From: Nitrosopumilaceae archaeon
GTDB lineage: Archaea; Thermoproteota; Nitrososphaeria; Nitrososphaerales; Nitrosopumilaceae
Assembly (NCBI GenBank): GCA_965214835.1
Contig: CBDCCK010000002.1
Coordinates: 672,001 to 736,000 of the forward strand
Reading direction: 5' to 3'
DNA length: 64,000 nucleotides
Positions 1 to 10,691 of the stretch are shown in pieces. A program made the position numbers and the translations under genes. The notes under the pieces were generated by a model. That model was not told where the DNA came from. It made no database searches and saw only the letters and a program-made list of their open reading frames with translations. Each line of letters begins with the position of its first letter. Positions within the stretch are counted from its first letter, which is position 1.

Positions 1-118
1 ATCCGAGCAGCTCTTCTATGTCTTCATAGTTGGTAATATGGTTTTTTATCGTTCGCAGACGATTGTTTTCTAGTTGATTTTTTGCATCACAAAAGTACTG
101 CAAATATTCTGATTTCAT
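1..118 (-). CDS. Partial hypothetical protein running off the window edge
   Basis: ATG at 118 (minus strand); frame MKSEYLQYFCDAKNQLENNRLRTIK... stays open to position 1. Confidence 0.35.
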   Translation of the reverse strand, partial: MKSEYLQYFCDAKNQLENNRLRTIKNHITNYEDIEELLG

Positions 119-165
119 AGAGGCTATATAATTTTGCAATCACTGATTAATTAATCTGTAATTAC

Positions 166-285
166 AAATCTTCCCAGTTCCCCATAAAACGGCTCCAAAC
201 TCGAAACAGGTTCAAACTAAGTTGCTTGCAGATCCGCATGTCACAATCTGCACCGCCACGAATCGGGTTATATCTGTGAAGATTG
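166..285. mobile_element. Degenerate ~120-bp MITE with ISH3-like ends
   Basis: Shares ctcgaaaca...cagatccgc...ctgcaccgcc.cga.tcgg core with the copies at 24219-24339 and 26301-26385. Confidence 0.55.
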
Positions 286-384
286 TGCAATCCAAAACAA
301 TTTCAAACAGACGCATCCATATGCAGAGCGAGCGTCTTGATGAGGCCCGAATTTGGCGGGGTTTGATCGCCTGAGAACCGCGAA
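284..384. repeat. ~100-bp dispersed repeat, probable IS6-related MITE (copy 1)
   Basis: tgcaatccaaaacaattt...tcgcctgagaacc also occurs at 2094-2192; ends resemble the IS6 TIR ggttctgtgcaatc. Confidence 0.6.
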
Positions 385-512
385 AACCTGTCTGTCATCC
401 CGTACACTTCAGAATATTTTGACTCGGTAGGAACCTTTGCCTGTCAGTGTGGGAGTCTTGCCTCCCAAACCTTGGTAGCAACATGTCTGTTTTTTTGTTA
501 GATCTAACAAAG

Positions 513-737
513 TCATGCATTTGATGAATCAGCGATTATTTTGATATTGCTAGTCGTGTCTACCAACTGTAAGGCAGACGTTAAACCAGAAGACGTTGAT
601 CTAAGAACTGGCATTGCCTCTTCAGGGTCTATTCCAAAATCATTTGTATCGCCATCATCATACTCGGTCATTTCCCTGTCATTTCTCCACATAATTCGTA
701 TATAAAATAACGCATGTCGGATCTGAACCTTTGTCAA
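513..737 (-). CDS. Small acidic hypothetical protein
   Basis: 74-aa ORF overlapping the stop of the protease gene by 4 bp. Confidence 0.4.
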   Translation of the reverse strand: MTKVQIRHALFYIRIMWRNDREMTEYDDGDTNDFGIDPEEAMPVLRSTSSGLTSALQLVDTTSNIKIIADSSNA

Positions 738-1753
738 ATATCATCATTCTGCATCCACTCTTCTCGAGTTATCGATGAGAGGTATTGTGGGATTTGAGCA
801 CCAGTTTGGGGATTTGTTACAGCAACACGCTTAATCTTAGCCTCCGTGGTAAACGTATGAACAAAATTAGTGCTTTCAACAACGCATCTGTGAAATATGG
901 TGGTCATTTCATCACGCTCGCCTAATGCTGATTCATTGTTGTGAGGTACGTCTAGCTGCATGATTTTGTTATACATGTCATACAGCTTCATGATATCTTT
1001 CATTAGTTCTTCGGGCGTATCTATGATATTCAGCTTTAATTCTTCTTTTGCTTCCTTTCTTCCAATCAGGTAATTATGAGAAAACCTCTCTTCAATCAGC
1101 GTTTTGACAATCCTGTCCGCCTCGTCTTCATCAGAAAGGTGTTGTTTGAGCAATGTTTTTGCTAAAAAGCGAATTTCATTTCTAGATCTGTTTACGGCCC
1201 CTAAAACCAACGGATGTATGCCTCCTGCCAAAGTAGTCAGTATTTTTGTAAACTCCTCCTCAGAATCCGTCTTTGCCTCTTTTTTTGCCAAATCAAAGAA
1301 ACTCATCACGTCCTCGACATTGACAGGGACCTTGACTTGAAGTGACGGGTTTTGAGGGTGTGGAATTCCTGGCCCGAGCGGGTGTTCCATCGATGGATCT
1401 ACGGGTCCTAGCTGCCCCATCTTGGACATTATTACAGTGTTGGCACCCAATGCCATGAGAGTTCCCGTACTGAGGCATTTGAACGGGATTATTATTCCAT
1501 ACTTTTCACAATGTTCTCTTATCATGTTTACAATTCCATACCCTGAAATAGCAATGCCACCGGTAGTGTAGATTAACAGGTTTATTTTTGGAACAGTCCC
1601 AAACTTTTCCAAATGTTTGTAAATAAACGGAATCACGTCAGACGAAATTCTGGTTTCTAACCCCTTCCTATCTCCAGTAAAATACACTAAAACTCTTGAG
1701 TCGGTCTGTTCTTCTATTTTTTTGATCAGTTCAAGTCTGTCTTCTCGAGGCAC
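734..1753 (-). CDS. ClpP/SppA-like serine protease (SDH_sah-type)
   Basis: 339 aa with YTTGG, CLSTGTLMALGA and QLGPVDP motifs typical of the family. Confidence 0.8.
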   Translation of the reverse strand: MPREDRLELIKKIEEQTDSRVLVYFTGDRKGLETRISSDVIPFIYKHLEKFGTVPKINLLIYTTGGIAISGYGIVNMIREHCEKYGIIIPFKCLSTGTLMALGANTVIMSKMGQLGPVDPSMEHPLGPGIPHPQNPSLQVKVPVNVEDVMSFFDLAKKEAKTDSEEEFTKILTTLAGGIHPLVLGAVNRSRNEIRFLAKTLLKQHLSDEDEADRIVKTLIEERFSHNYLIGRKEAKEELKLNIIDTPEELMKDIMKLYDMYNKIMQLDVPHNNESALGERDEMTTIFHRCVVESTNFVHTFTTEAKIKRVAVTNPQTGAQIPQYLSSITREEWMQNDDI

Positions 1754-2093
1754 GTCAAGATGGATATTTGGCGGTTATTATTTTTTCCGAACCATCCATG
1801 TAGCCAACAGCGTACTATGCTGCACGAAAAGTCGTTCATCCATTATCCGGTAACAGGTCGGACCCTGGAAGTTCAGGCACGAATTTTGCCACTAATGAAT
1901 GCCGATCAAAGAGAATTCGTGCATGAAATCAGGAACAGCTTCCAGAACCCTGCCTGTTACTAAATCATCTCAAAACATCAACAAAATACAAGTTATCTGT
2001 GAAATTGAAAAATTTGTATGGCTTCTAATTTCGGATCACCTCTCTGATTGACGACATAACGCATCCTGCGCGCGATCATGGAGGGCCGAATCT

Positions 2094-2192
2094 GCAATCC
2101 AAAACAATTTTAAACAGACGCATCCATACACAGAGCGAGCATCATGATGAAACCCAAATTTGGGTGGGTTTCATCGCCTGAGAACCGTGGAA
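2094..2192. repeat. ~100-bp dispersed repeat, probable IS6-related MITE (copy 2)
   Basis: Closely similar to 284-384; abuts the truncated 3' end of the IS481 remnant. Confidence 0.6.
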
Positions 2193-3065
2193 CTCTCCGT
2201 TCCATATCTCCTCCTCGATGCTCCTGTGGAAGCGCTCCATCTTGTCGTTGGTCTGCGGGCGGTACGGCCTGGATCTTGTCAGCTCGATTCCGCAGCCGGG
2301 CAGCTCCTCCTCAAAGGCAGTGGGCCTCCACACGCCCCTGGGCGGGCCCTTCTTCTTCTTTGAGCTCGAGCGCGCCCCGACAAAGCACCTGCCGTTGTCC
2401 GAAAGGATTGTGGCAGGCGCGCCGAGCCGGGCCACGGCCTGCCGCAGGATCGCCACGACGTTCTCCGAGGTGTCCTCCCTGAACAGTCTCGCGCCCGTCA
2501 CGCACCGGGACGAATCGTCCAGAAACGTGACCGGGCTGGGCCCCGCAAGGCGCGGATCCCTCGTGGCATGCCAGTCCACGTGCCACATGGCGTTGGAGTA
2601 CCTGCGCTAAGCGGACGTATTTTCGGGGTTCGAATTTTGCAGGCGACGGCGTCACCGGCCCGTGCTCACTCATCATCCCGTATGCCTCGCAGCAGCCTGT
2701 ATCGTGTTGTCTTCGCAGCCTCCTGGCCGTATGGACAACGCCTGCCGCACCGGCCCGTGCTCCTCCAGGACGGCACGCACGACACTCGGGAACCGGGGCG
2801 TTCCTCTTTCTTCCCGGCCTGAGCGGCACGTGGTGCGTGCCGCCTGTCTTCCCGAGCCGGGCGCACATCCGCCGGACGTGTATTTTTGTGCCGCCTGTCT
2901 CGGCGGCACCTCCGAGGGCCTTTGTCCCCTGGCACACTGCGTCACTGCGTATCTGATCTGCTTTGCCTCAAGCCTTGCAACCGTCGGTTTTCTTGATCGG
3001 TAAAGCCCAAGGTAATCCCTTGCAATCCTCCTCAAATTAGTGCGACCTAATTTTCGTACAATAGA
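2193..3065 (-). pseudogene. IS481-family transposase remnant with multiple frameshifts
   Basis: MWHVDWH, FLDDSSR, ILSDNG and RPYRPQTN..MERFH motifs homologous to the intact copies at 43025 and 47284; degenerate TIR near 3040-3065. Confidence 0.85.
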
Positions 3066-3077
3066 AACTACGGAATC

Positions 3078-4712
3078 GTATGTGGTCACCTACCCCTAGA
3101 TTATTTTGGCCACCTCATCCATGATGGACTTGCCCTGCAGCTTCCATGTCGACACGCATGTATTGAGCCATCCATGCCTTTCCGTCCAGACCAGGCCTCC
3201 CTTGATCTGGCCGCTTATCTTGAATTGAAGTACGACGGGGCGCAGCGCCCGCTCTGCACCATTGTTGGTCGGCTCGACACCCTCGTATTCCAGAAACGCA
3301 AACATGCACAGCAGGGCCCTGTGCATCCTCTTGAGAAGGGGCTCCAGCGGGCCGCCCCATGCATCAACGTATCCGAACAGCATGTTCTGCATGTTGGTTT
3401 CAAACCGCCGGCGCAGCTCCGGCGAGTGCCGCCCCATCAGTCCGTCGGCACTGCTTATCCCCGTCCTCTCCTCGAGCTCCCGGAGATCCTCCTCGGACAG
3501 CTTGTCCCAGCCCTCAAGACACTCCCTGGCATCCTTGAACAGCTGCTGCATCTGCCGGTACAGGACTCCTGCAAACAGCAGGGCACCCTTTTTCTGCGAG
3601 CCATACAGGAGGAACCGCAGCTCGTGCGCCCAGCACCGCTGGAGCCTTCCCAGCAGCCCGAACCTCTTGTATGCGGGATATCCATCCGATGTGACGACGC
3701 CCCCGTACCCGCCCATGTACTGGTCCAGGATCCGGGCGCTCCTGGTGTCTGCATATATCATGAACACGCCCACCGCCGACAGCATGGCCCACGCCCATCC
3801 CAGCCTGCCTGCCAGGTTGATCCCCGTCTCGTCTATGCAGACCGTCTTTGAGCTTCTTACCTCCTCTGCGATGGCCTCGGCAGGCGCCTTTGCGGCGTCG
3901 CAGACGCGTCCCATGCTGTTGATTGCAGTTGACTTTGACATGTGCACGCCCAGGATATCTGACATTATACCCGGGATCCTGTTGTGTGGGACGCCCTCGC
4001 TGCGCAGCTTTGTGACGGCTGTGACCACGCTCGTGTCATAGCTGCCGCGTCGGGGCAGGCCGTCGGGGGCAGTATGCATGGTGCCGCATTTCGGGCACAC
4101 TGCCCTCTGTGTCTCGTGGCGCGTCTCGGTGTACTTTATCTTGAATCCTATCATGTCGCGCACCTGCGGCTTTTTCATGATCTCTGTGGTGGTGCCGCAC
4201 TTGCACTCCGGCGCCCGTCCACCCGGAAAGCAGTGTTTCTGTACCCTGGTGGGCCGGTGGGTGCGCGATACGCCCTTGTGGCCCTTCTGGCCGCCGGGCT
4301 TTTTTCTGTCCTCCCCGGTGCCGTCATCCCCGGCTGCAGCATCGGACCGGGCCCTCTCCTTTCTCCTCTGCGCCTTTTGCCTCTTCCACTCCAGCGAGTC
4401 TGCCGACGGGGGCGAGTTCTCGTTCTCGTAGTACCGGAGCCGGTTGTCCTGCTCCCTGATGGTCTTGTCGCGCTTTTCAAGTGTCTTGTTTAGCCTTTCA
4501 ATGGTCCTGCCCTGCTCCTCAATGATATTGTCACGCTCCTTGAGGTCCTTTTTTAGATTCCTTATCGTCTCCGTGGGCGATGCTGTAGATGCCTCGATCT
4601 CGTAGCATGCGGAGAGCTGACCTTTCACAATGCCTAGTCTACGCGATCATAGTATAAGGATCAGCACCGTCAGTAATGTTTACCCTATTGTGAGGGGTAG
4701 GTGACCTCATAC
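3078..4712 (-). mobile_element. IS66-family element, single-ORF type, intact (copy A)
   Basis: TIRs GTATGTGGTCACCTACCCC / GGGGTAGGTGACCTCATAC; 8-bp TSD ACGGAATC at 3070-3077 and 4713-4720. Confidence 0.95.
3096..4628 (-). CDS. IS66-family transposase
   Basis: KPGGQKGHKG, zinc ribbon, IDETG, SDGY, QRCWAH and PTNNGAERALR motifs; near-identical to 38897-40429. Confidence 0.93.
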   Translation of the reverse strand: MKGQLSACYEIEASTASPTETIRNLKKDLKERDNIIEEQGRTIERLNKTLEKRDKTIREQDNRLRYYENENSPPSADSLEWKRQKAQRRKERARSDAAAGDDGTGEDRKKPGGQKGHKGVSRTHRPTRVQKHCFPGGRAPECKCGTTTEIMKKPQVRDMIGFKIKYTETRHETQRAVCPKCGTMHTAPDGLPRRGSYDTSVVTAVTKLRSEGVPHNRIPGIMSDILGVHMSKSTAINSMGRVCDAAKAPAEAIAEEVRSSKTVCIDETGINLAGRLGWAWAMLSAVGVFMIYADTRSARILDQYMGGYGGVVTSDGYPAYKRFGLLGRLQRCWAHELRFLLYGSQKKGALLFAGVLYRQMQQLFKDARECLEGWDKLSEEDLRELEERTGISSADGLMGRHSPELRRRFETNMQNMLFGYVDAWGGPLEPLLKRMHRALLCMFAFLEYEGVEPTNNGAERALRPVVLQFKISGQIKGGLVWTERHGWLNTCVSTWKLQGKSIMDEVAKII

Positions 4713-4817
4713 ACGGAATCCGGGCCAACCTTTAAGTGGTACAGTGCCGTAATATTGCCACGGTTCCGCCGGTGTAATGCTGGCTACGAGACTCGAAAGA
4801 GAGCTCAGGAATCGCCC

Positions 4818-5570
4818 TCAAATCTCCACGTTTCCTGCCCTGTACCAGCCGTGATCCAGCCTGAAGTATTTGTCTTTGACTGACTGCCACCGTTCCTCGG
4901 ATCTTTTACCCGTAGTACTTCTTATCCATACCGCATATGCAAAAAAATCCGCAAGCTGTAATATTGGATGTTTCTTTGGATCGCCGTTTATGATGCGGCC
5001 GCTTATGCTGCTCAGTTCCTTGTGGTGCCTGAACCGTAGCACTTCGCGCAGTCCGGCCATGACGCGCTCTGCCTTCTTTCTTGCCTTCTTGTTGAGCCTT
5101 TCATAGACGGCCTCTCCCGTCCCGCCGTGTTCTTCAAGAAAGTCCTGGAACCTCTCCAGCATTATCAGCATCGCATAAGACTGCGGATCAGCCGGAATCG
5201 AATATCTCTTGCAGTGGTGTTTCAAATCTATCGTGACTGACAAAAGCACGCAATCGGATTCCCTGATCATGTCAAAAACGTCGTCTGCGAGCCGCCTTCT
5301 TTGCATGTCTGACAGCCTGTCATAAGGGTAACAACTGTTCCTCAACGGATGGTAGTGAAGCTTGAATCTTTCCGGTAGCTGTATGTCTTTGAAGTATTTG
5401 TCTATTGTAAGCCCGACTGCGTCGTCCAGCGCCTCCTTTTCATTGTCACTTGCGATGATTCCTGCCAGTGTGAAGAAGCGGGAACTGCCATCTATGACCT
5501 GGTAGTTCTCATCGAGATAATCTCCCAAGTCCCCGCTTTCATCAATATACAGGCGATACAACAACAGCAT
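4818..5570 (-). CDS. DUF3800-family protein
   Basis: N-terminal YIDESGD and C-terminal LQLADFFAY motifs. Confidence 0.8.
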   Translation of the reverse strand: MLLLYRLYIDESGDLGDYLDENYQVIDGSSRFFTLAGIIASDNEKEALDDAVGLTIDKYFKDIQLPERFKLHYHPLRNSCYPYDRLSDMQRRRLADDVFDMIRESDCVLLSVTIDLKHHCKRYSIPADPQSYAMLIMLERFQDFLEEHGGTGEAVYERLNKKARKKAERVMAGLREVLRFRHHKELSSISGRIINGDPKKHPILQLADFFAYAVWIRSTTGKRSEERWQSVKDKYFRLDHGWYRAGNVEI

Positions 5571-5639
5571 GTGGCTGTGCTGGGATATAAAATCTGGGGG
5601 CGTCTTAGCCTGTTGAACACATGATAAAAACGCCCCCGC

Positions 5640-5765
5640 CGTAGCCAGGGTGATGGATCAACCCCTCGTTATGCATGTGCTTCGCGCACTACCTGTTGAA
5701 TGGGGATATCCGAGCTGCTGTGTTCCTGTGCTACGCGCACTGATGGATGAATGCAGCTTCTGATC
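5640..5765 (+). ncRNA. Putative IS110 bridge RNA (target-binding and donor-binding loops)
   Basis: Two structurally parallel internal loops; GTTATGCA and CCTGTTG match the target, TGTGTTC and ATGGATG match the circle junction; transcript ends are estimates. Confidence 0.85.
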
Positions 5766-5802
5766 TGTCAAACCATATCCGAAAGGAGGTGAAAGAAAAG
5801 GA

Positions 5803-6878
5803 TTGAGAAGCATAGGAATAGACATTGGAAAGAGAAAATGCGGTGTGCGTCATCGACGCCAAGGGACACGTGCTAGAGGAGGGCTCGTATAACAACACGT
5901 ACAAGGAGGCATCAAAGCTTGCTGCACGACTGAAAAAAGAGTACAAAAAGTGCCAGGCCGCGTGCGAGTCAACGGGCAACATGTGGCTAAAGACGTTCAG
6001 GGCATTCGAGGATCAGCACATCCCCATACTGCTTGCAAACACCCTCAAGATGAAGATAGTATCAGAGACCAGCGTAAAGACTGACCCGATAGACGCAAGG
6101 AAGATAGCCGAAACGCTCAGGGCCGGAATGATACCACGATGCTACGTGGCATCAGCAGAGCTGAGGGATGTCAGGGAGCTGATGAGGTACAGGATACGGA
6201 TGGTGCAGGAGAGGACCGCAGTCATAAACGGGCTGCACAGCTTGGCTTGACAAGTACGACATAGCCATAGATGCATCCACGATGTACTCCAAGAAGGCCA
6301 TACGGAAGATCTCCGATACCAGGCTGAACATGCCAAACGATGACAGGATACTGGCAAGCTGCACCAGGAGGATTGCATCAGTTACAGAGGAGATAGGCCA
6401 GGCAGAGGAGGACATAGGAAGACAGGCAGGATCGAACGAGGATGCCAAGCTGCTGTTGAGCATGACGGGAATAGACGCCTTTGCAGCAATGCTGCTGATA
6501 GCAGAGATCGGTGACATAACCAGGTTTCCATCGCCGAACCAGCTTGTGTCCTGGGCCGGCATGTGTCCCCGGGTGTACCAGTCGGGGGACCGCGAGTACC
6601 ACGGCCGCATGAAAAAGGATGCAAACCGCAGGATCAACTGGCTGATGATCCAGATAGCCAACGTCGCCGTACAGCACGACGACAGGATGAAAGAGTTCTA
6701 CGAGAGGGTCCGCAAAAGGAACGGCAACAACCACGTCATAGCGATAACGCATGTTGCAAACAAGATGCTCAGGATAATCTGGCACATGCTGACGACAAAG
6801 ACTGCGTATTCATCGCGCAATGCTGCCCTGTACGACAAGAAGATCAAGAGGGTGACAGAACTGGCGGGAACGGCATAG
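5803..6878 (+). pseudogene. IS110 DEDD recombinase with two frameshifts (~5840 and ~6245)
   Basis: IGID, CEST, KTDPIDA and YQSG motifs; GGAGGTGA upstream; split across three frames. Confidence 0.88.
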
Positions 6879-7127
6879 GATTACCACCTTCCTCCCCCAC
6901 CCACCCACCCAATGATCCGCCCGCACCCTGGCAGGTGCGACAGGACTGGCTCGTGCGTATTGCTAGCGTTAGCTATAAAGCACAGCCCGGCCGACTAGGC
7001 ACGGATCAGAAGACGAAAGGAACGTTGCCATGTTACTGGCGGGCGTTTTACCATGGATGCATAACCGTGCCTGAACGCGTAAAAACAGCCAGTTTTTCGT
7101 GCCTAAAATCGGGGTTGTGCAACAGGC

Positions 7128-7739
7128 TACCCAGTACCACCGGGCACTCCTATGAAAAGATGGGACGTGGTGGAAATCCCATTGGAGAGAAATCCACAGG
7201 ATACTAGAAACGAAAGTTGGAAAATACAGGGGTCAAAATCAGAATGGGATAAACTACGATTCAAAATAACTGTTCATGAAACATTATCAAGATCAAAATG
7301 GATAGCGTTGTTAAATGACATGCACAAAAAATATGGCGTTGAGTGTATACAAGATCTAAACGATGAGAGATCAAGTCTGGGATTCATAAAGCCTCGTGAA
7401 TTCCAACAGCGTTTTGAAAAAAGAAAAAAACACGAACGTAATGTACAAACCACACTCTTTTCTCAGGAGCCATTTCTAACGATTCACAACTATGATGTAC
7501 AACCAAGAATGACCTATCGATGCTCTGGCTGCAAATCAAAAAATCCTCATGATCAGCAGATTTTGGAGTGGGGAGTTTACGAATGGATTAGAAAAAATCC
7601 CGACAAAATTGAGCAAGTATGGAAAAACCTACACATTGGCGAATCAGGGTACGATACAAGCTTCCTTGTGGGCAACATGTTTCTTCATCGCTCCTCCTTT
7701 ATGATAATCAGCATATTCCGGCACAAAATCGACATTTAG
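7128..7739 (+). pseudogene. 5'-truncated hypothetical protein of a type often found next to DUF488 genes
   Basis: Frame begins at YPVPPG directly at the MITE end; continues WDVVEIPLERNPQDTRNES and LEWG. Confidence 0.55.
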
Positions 7740-8144
7740 AAGATTCGGATTCCTAATGATCTCTTTTAACAGGTGCCTGTGACACGGTGTGCCTTCCGGT
7801 TCATAGCACAGCAAGGTTACGTGGGAATAGTTTGATTTGGCCTTCAATGATTTTATTAAATTGACACTGTTCTGATTTTCTTGCAATTCAAGTTTGAATG
7901 ATGGTATAAAATCCTCCCAATGGATTTGCTCGTTTTTGTATCTGCGTAACAGTTCTTGGCTGGGCGCAAGATCCCTCATCCACCTATCAAAATGGGTTTT
8001 TTTGACGCCTCTGGGGTAGTACCTCGTTATTAGGACTCTTAGGCCATCACCGTACTCCTTTGGTTTGTATATGCTCTTTGTCTTAATCACTTTGGATGCT
8101 TTCAATTTTATTGTAAGCCTCCAATAGTGAAAAATTTCCAGCAA
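7644..8144 (-). CDS. DUF488-family protein (YeaO-like); true start probably at VIKTKSIY
   Basis: DGLRVLITRYYPRGVKK, DLAPSQELL and TLLCYE..CHRHLL motifs. Confidence 0.85.
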   Translation of the reverse strand: MLEIFHYWRLTIKLKASKVIKTKSIYKPKEYGDGLRVLITRYYPRGVKKTHFDRWMRDLAPSQELLRRYKNEQIHWEDFIPSFKLELQENQNSVNLIKSLKAKSNYSHVTLLCYEPEGTPCHRHLLKEIIRNPNLLNVDFVPEYADYHKGGAMKKHVAHKEACIVP

Positions 8145-8205
8145 CAGCTAAAATTCTTCATCAAGTCTAGGCGGATTTGCCTCTTTTTAGCTTTTTCGGT
8201 CACTT

Positions 8206-8630
8206 GTACGAGGCCACCTATGTTTTGACGTGTTTTGACAACCTGTCTAACATACCACGATCATGCCGATCAAATACGATGCCTGCACGACATCAGCATT
8301 ATGAAAGGCCGCCGACCCACATACCGCAAGCTTGAGGCCACAATCGTGTCAGTCACAGACAGAATAAGCACGTTAGAAAGGAGCCTAAAGGCAACGAACA
8401 GAATGCTGGAGGAGAAAGACAAGACAATCGAGGAGCAGGGCAGGCAGCTCCGGTACTACGAGAACGAGAACTCACCGCCGTCTCCCGCAAGATAAGTGGG
8501 CAGATCAAGGGAGGGGAGCTCTGGATGAGGAGGTGGTCGTGGGTTATGACGTGCATACTGACGTGGAGGGCAAGGGGCAGATCCGTAGCAGACGAGGTCA
8601 TGAAACTGGTTTAGGAACGTGACCTCATAC
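8206..8630 (+). mobile_element. Internally deleted IS66 derivative (425 bp)
   Basis: Both TIRs retained; 5' part (KGRRPTYRKLE) joined directly to the 3' part (KISGQIKGGELW) of the element type at 30445-32110. Confidence 0.85.
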
Positions 8631-8639
8631 GATCTATGA

Positions 8640-9767
8640 ATGAATGCAAGAGAACAAAAAGCAAGACAAATCATGGAAACTCCCGGACACGCCACACAGA
8701 TCATCGGCACCGACAACTTTAGGGTCAGATCGCAGTCTGATCCCTCCAAGTTCTACACCGTTACAAGGACGGGCAACGGGTTAGTCTGCGAGTGTCCAGA
8801 CCACCGGAACAGGAGGGCAGACTGCAAGCACATCAAGGTAATACTGGAGCTTGTCCGAAAAAACGTGTTCGGACACGACGGGTTCAGGATCATGGAACGC
8901 TCCAAGCTCAAACTCTGCAAGTATTGTGATTCTGGCAGGATCGTGAGGCGGGGCAAGAGAAAGACCAAGAAGGGTGATGCCCAATTGTTCAAGTGCAACG
9001 ATTGCCAAAGGGCATTTACTGCAAACTTTGGTTTTGAGGGAAAGCAGTACGATGGCAGGATTATCACCGGAGCCCTACAGATGTACTATACGGGAATGTC
9101 GGTACGGGATATCGCGGATCATTACGAGATGATGGGAACCGACGTGTCGTTCAGGACCATATACAACTGGGTTGACGAGTATTCCCGGCTTGCGGCCAAG
9201 TACATCAATTGTATAGTTCCACGTGTTGGTAGTTGGTTCAGGGCAGACGAGGTATGGATCAAGATATCCGGAAAACAGTGCTATCTGTTTGCCTCAATGG
9301 ATGATGATACAAGATACTGGCTGGCCTCCGACCTTGCAGACAACAAGTTCCAGCACAATGCGGATTCATTGCTGGACATGACCAAGAAACAGGCCGGAAA
9401 GAATCCCCGAAACTTCATCACGGACGGCCTGCCAGCCTATGCCAAGTCCTCAAGGAAGGTATTCGGAAAGGGTACGAACCACGTGAAGCACATCCACCTA
9501 GCCGGAAAAAGAGACCGTGACAACAACAACAAGATGGAGAGGCTCAACGGCGAGATCAGGGACCGCGAGAAGGTGTTCCGTGGCCTCAAGAAGACCGACA
9601 CTGCAATCCTTGACGGCATGAGGGTCTACTACAACTATACGAAAAAGCACGGTGCACTGGACGGCCAGACCCCGGCGAAATCGGCCCTGATAAGCGTGGA
9701 CGGTACAAACAAGTGGAAGACGATAATCCAGAACGCCAGTTTGAGAAGGGATGTAAATCAGGTTTGA
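8640..9767 (+). CDS. IS6-family transposase with SWIM and zinc-ribbon N-terminus
   Basis: CECPD..CKH, CKYC..CNDC, RADEVW, ITDG and NNNKMERLN motifs; right TIR gattgcacagaacc at 9793-9806. Confidence 0.85.
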   Translation: MNAREQKARQIMETPGHATQIIGTDNFRVRSQSDPSKFYTVTRTGNGLVCECPDHRNRRADCKHIKVILELVRKNVFGHDGFRIMERSKLKLCKYCDSGRIVRRGKRKTKKGDAQLFKCNDCQRAFTANFGFEGKQYDGRIITGALQMYYTGMSVRDIADHYEMMGTDVSFRTIYNWVDEYSRLAAKYINCIVPRVGSWFRADEVWIKISGKQCYLFASMDDDTRYWLASDLADNKFQHNADSLLDMTKKQAGKNPRNFITDGLPAYAKSSRKVFGKGTNHVKHIHLAGKRDRDNNNKMERLNGEIRDREKVFRGLKKTDTAILDGMRVYYNYTKKHGALDGQTPAKSALISVDGTNKWKTIIQNASLRRDVNQV

Positions 9768-9956
9768 ATCGAGAGAAGTCTCATATCACGAAGATTGCAC
9801 AGAACCGGTCATAGCATACCTTATGTGCTAGATTGACGTAGCTATGCCATGAATACTGCCCCTGTCTGGAGATCAAGGATCTGCTCTGACTGCAAGCGAG
9901 TCCGCTGCCAGCCCGGATGCAACTGCGACTGTCACTGGCAGCGCTGGCGCTAGGAC

Positions 9957-10033
9957 TAGCCTGATACATGACCCTGATTTTGGGCACAAAAAATAGCTGT
10001 CTTGCGCGTTCAGGCACAGTTATGCAAGACTGC
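9957..10033. mobile_element. Degenerate second copy of the TAGCCTG MITE
   Basis: Reverse complement aligns with 7058-7129. Confidence 0.7.
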
Positions 10034-10078
10034 TGGGACTGCAAGCTTTATGAGTGCCTTGGAGTTCCCTCAATCCAT

Positions 10079-10607
10079 ATGAATTTCGTCCATGGAGTAA
10101 TAGCTGCAGTGGGACTGCTGGTGGCTGCCAACTTGGCCATGATTTCGGCTGACCTGGATGGCGGGGGCGCCGCCGATCATGCCAGGGAGCCTGCAGCACT
10201 TGACATGATGGCAGAGTCGGCGGGGATGCCGGCTCCCGTGGCCAAGGATATGCCTGGCGCAGCGGCGTCTGACGTTGTCGGAGAGCCCCCCACGTGAGGG
10301 GTACAGTCAGTTGTACAGCGAATCTGAAAGGATCCCCTATCTTGGCGTAACCTACCGCGAGCTCCGCGACATGGGATATTCTGAGCTGGAGGGCAGAATT
10401 AACGCAAATCTGACTCCATACTTTGACGGCATTGATTTTATGAGCCAGGGGGAGCTTGAGGGCCTTCGGGAGGCAGTAAAGGAGACCCGGAAACAGAAGT
10501 TTCGGTTTACCAACACGGATGACATTGAAAAGGTCAGGGTTCAGCTGGCCTTATCCAAGCTTGCACACCTGTTTAGGCTAGTGGACGACAGGGCAAAGAC
10601 AATCTAG
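10079..10607 (+). CDS. Secreted or membrane-anchored hypothetical protein, probably one gene split by a frameshift at the C-run near 10290
   Basis: Signal-like MNFVHGVIAAVGLLVAANL; overlapping ORFs 9968-10297 and 10275-10607. Confidence 0.45.
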
Positions 10608-10691
10608 TGACACATCTAATTCATGATGCCGTTTTAGTCTGATCTTAATGTCAACAGTTTCGATGTATGAGGCCATGTACCCCTGCTGGGC

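Larger units (their letters stand above)
5614..7057 (+). mobile_element. IS110-family element with IS1111-like sub-terminal inverted repeats
   Basis: TGAACAC+ATGATAAAAACGCC at the left end and GGCGTTTTACCAT+GGA at the right end (7-nt and 3-nt offsets); TG core at both junctions; no TSD. Confidence 0.9.
5606..7129. mobile_element. ~80-bp MITE split by an IS110 inserted in its left TIR
   Basis: Removing 5614-7057 restores TAGCCTGTTGCATAACC...GGTTGTGCAACAGGCTA; a related inverted copy lies at ~9957-10033. Confidence 0.8.

Noticed and set aside
440-470. Hairpin tgggagtcttgcctccca whose reverse strand shares gactcccacact with the tRNA-like 3' end
   Set aside because: No cloverleaf and only a 12-bp match; not enough to call an att site or tRNA fragment
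3115-4493. Many 60-300 aa overlapping or antisense ORFs inside transposases and sugar genes, here and throughout
   Set aside because: Shadow ORFs of GC-rich coding sequence with no recognisable motifs
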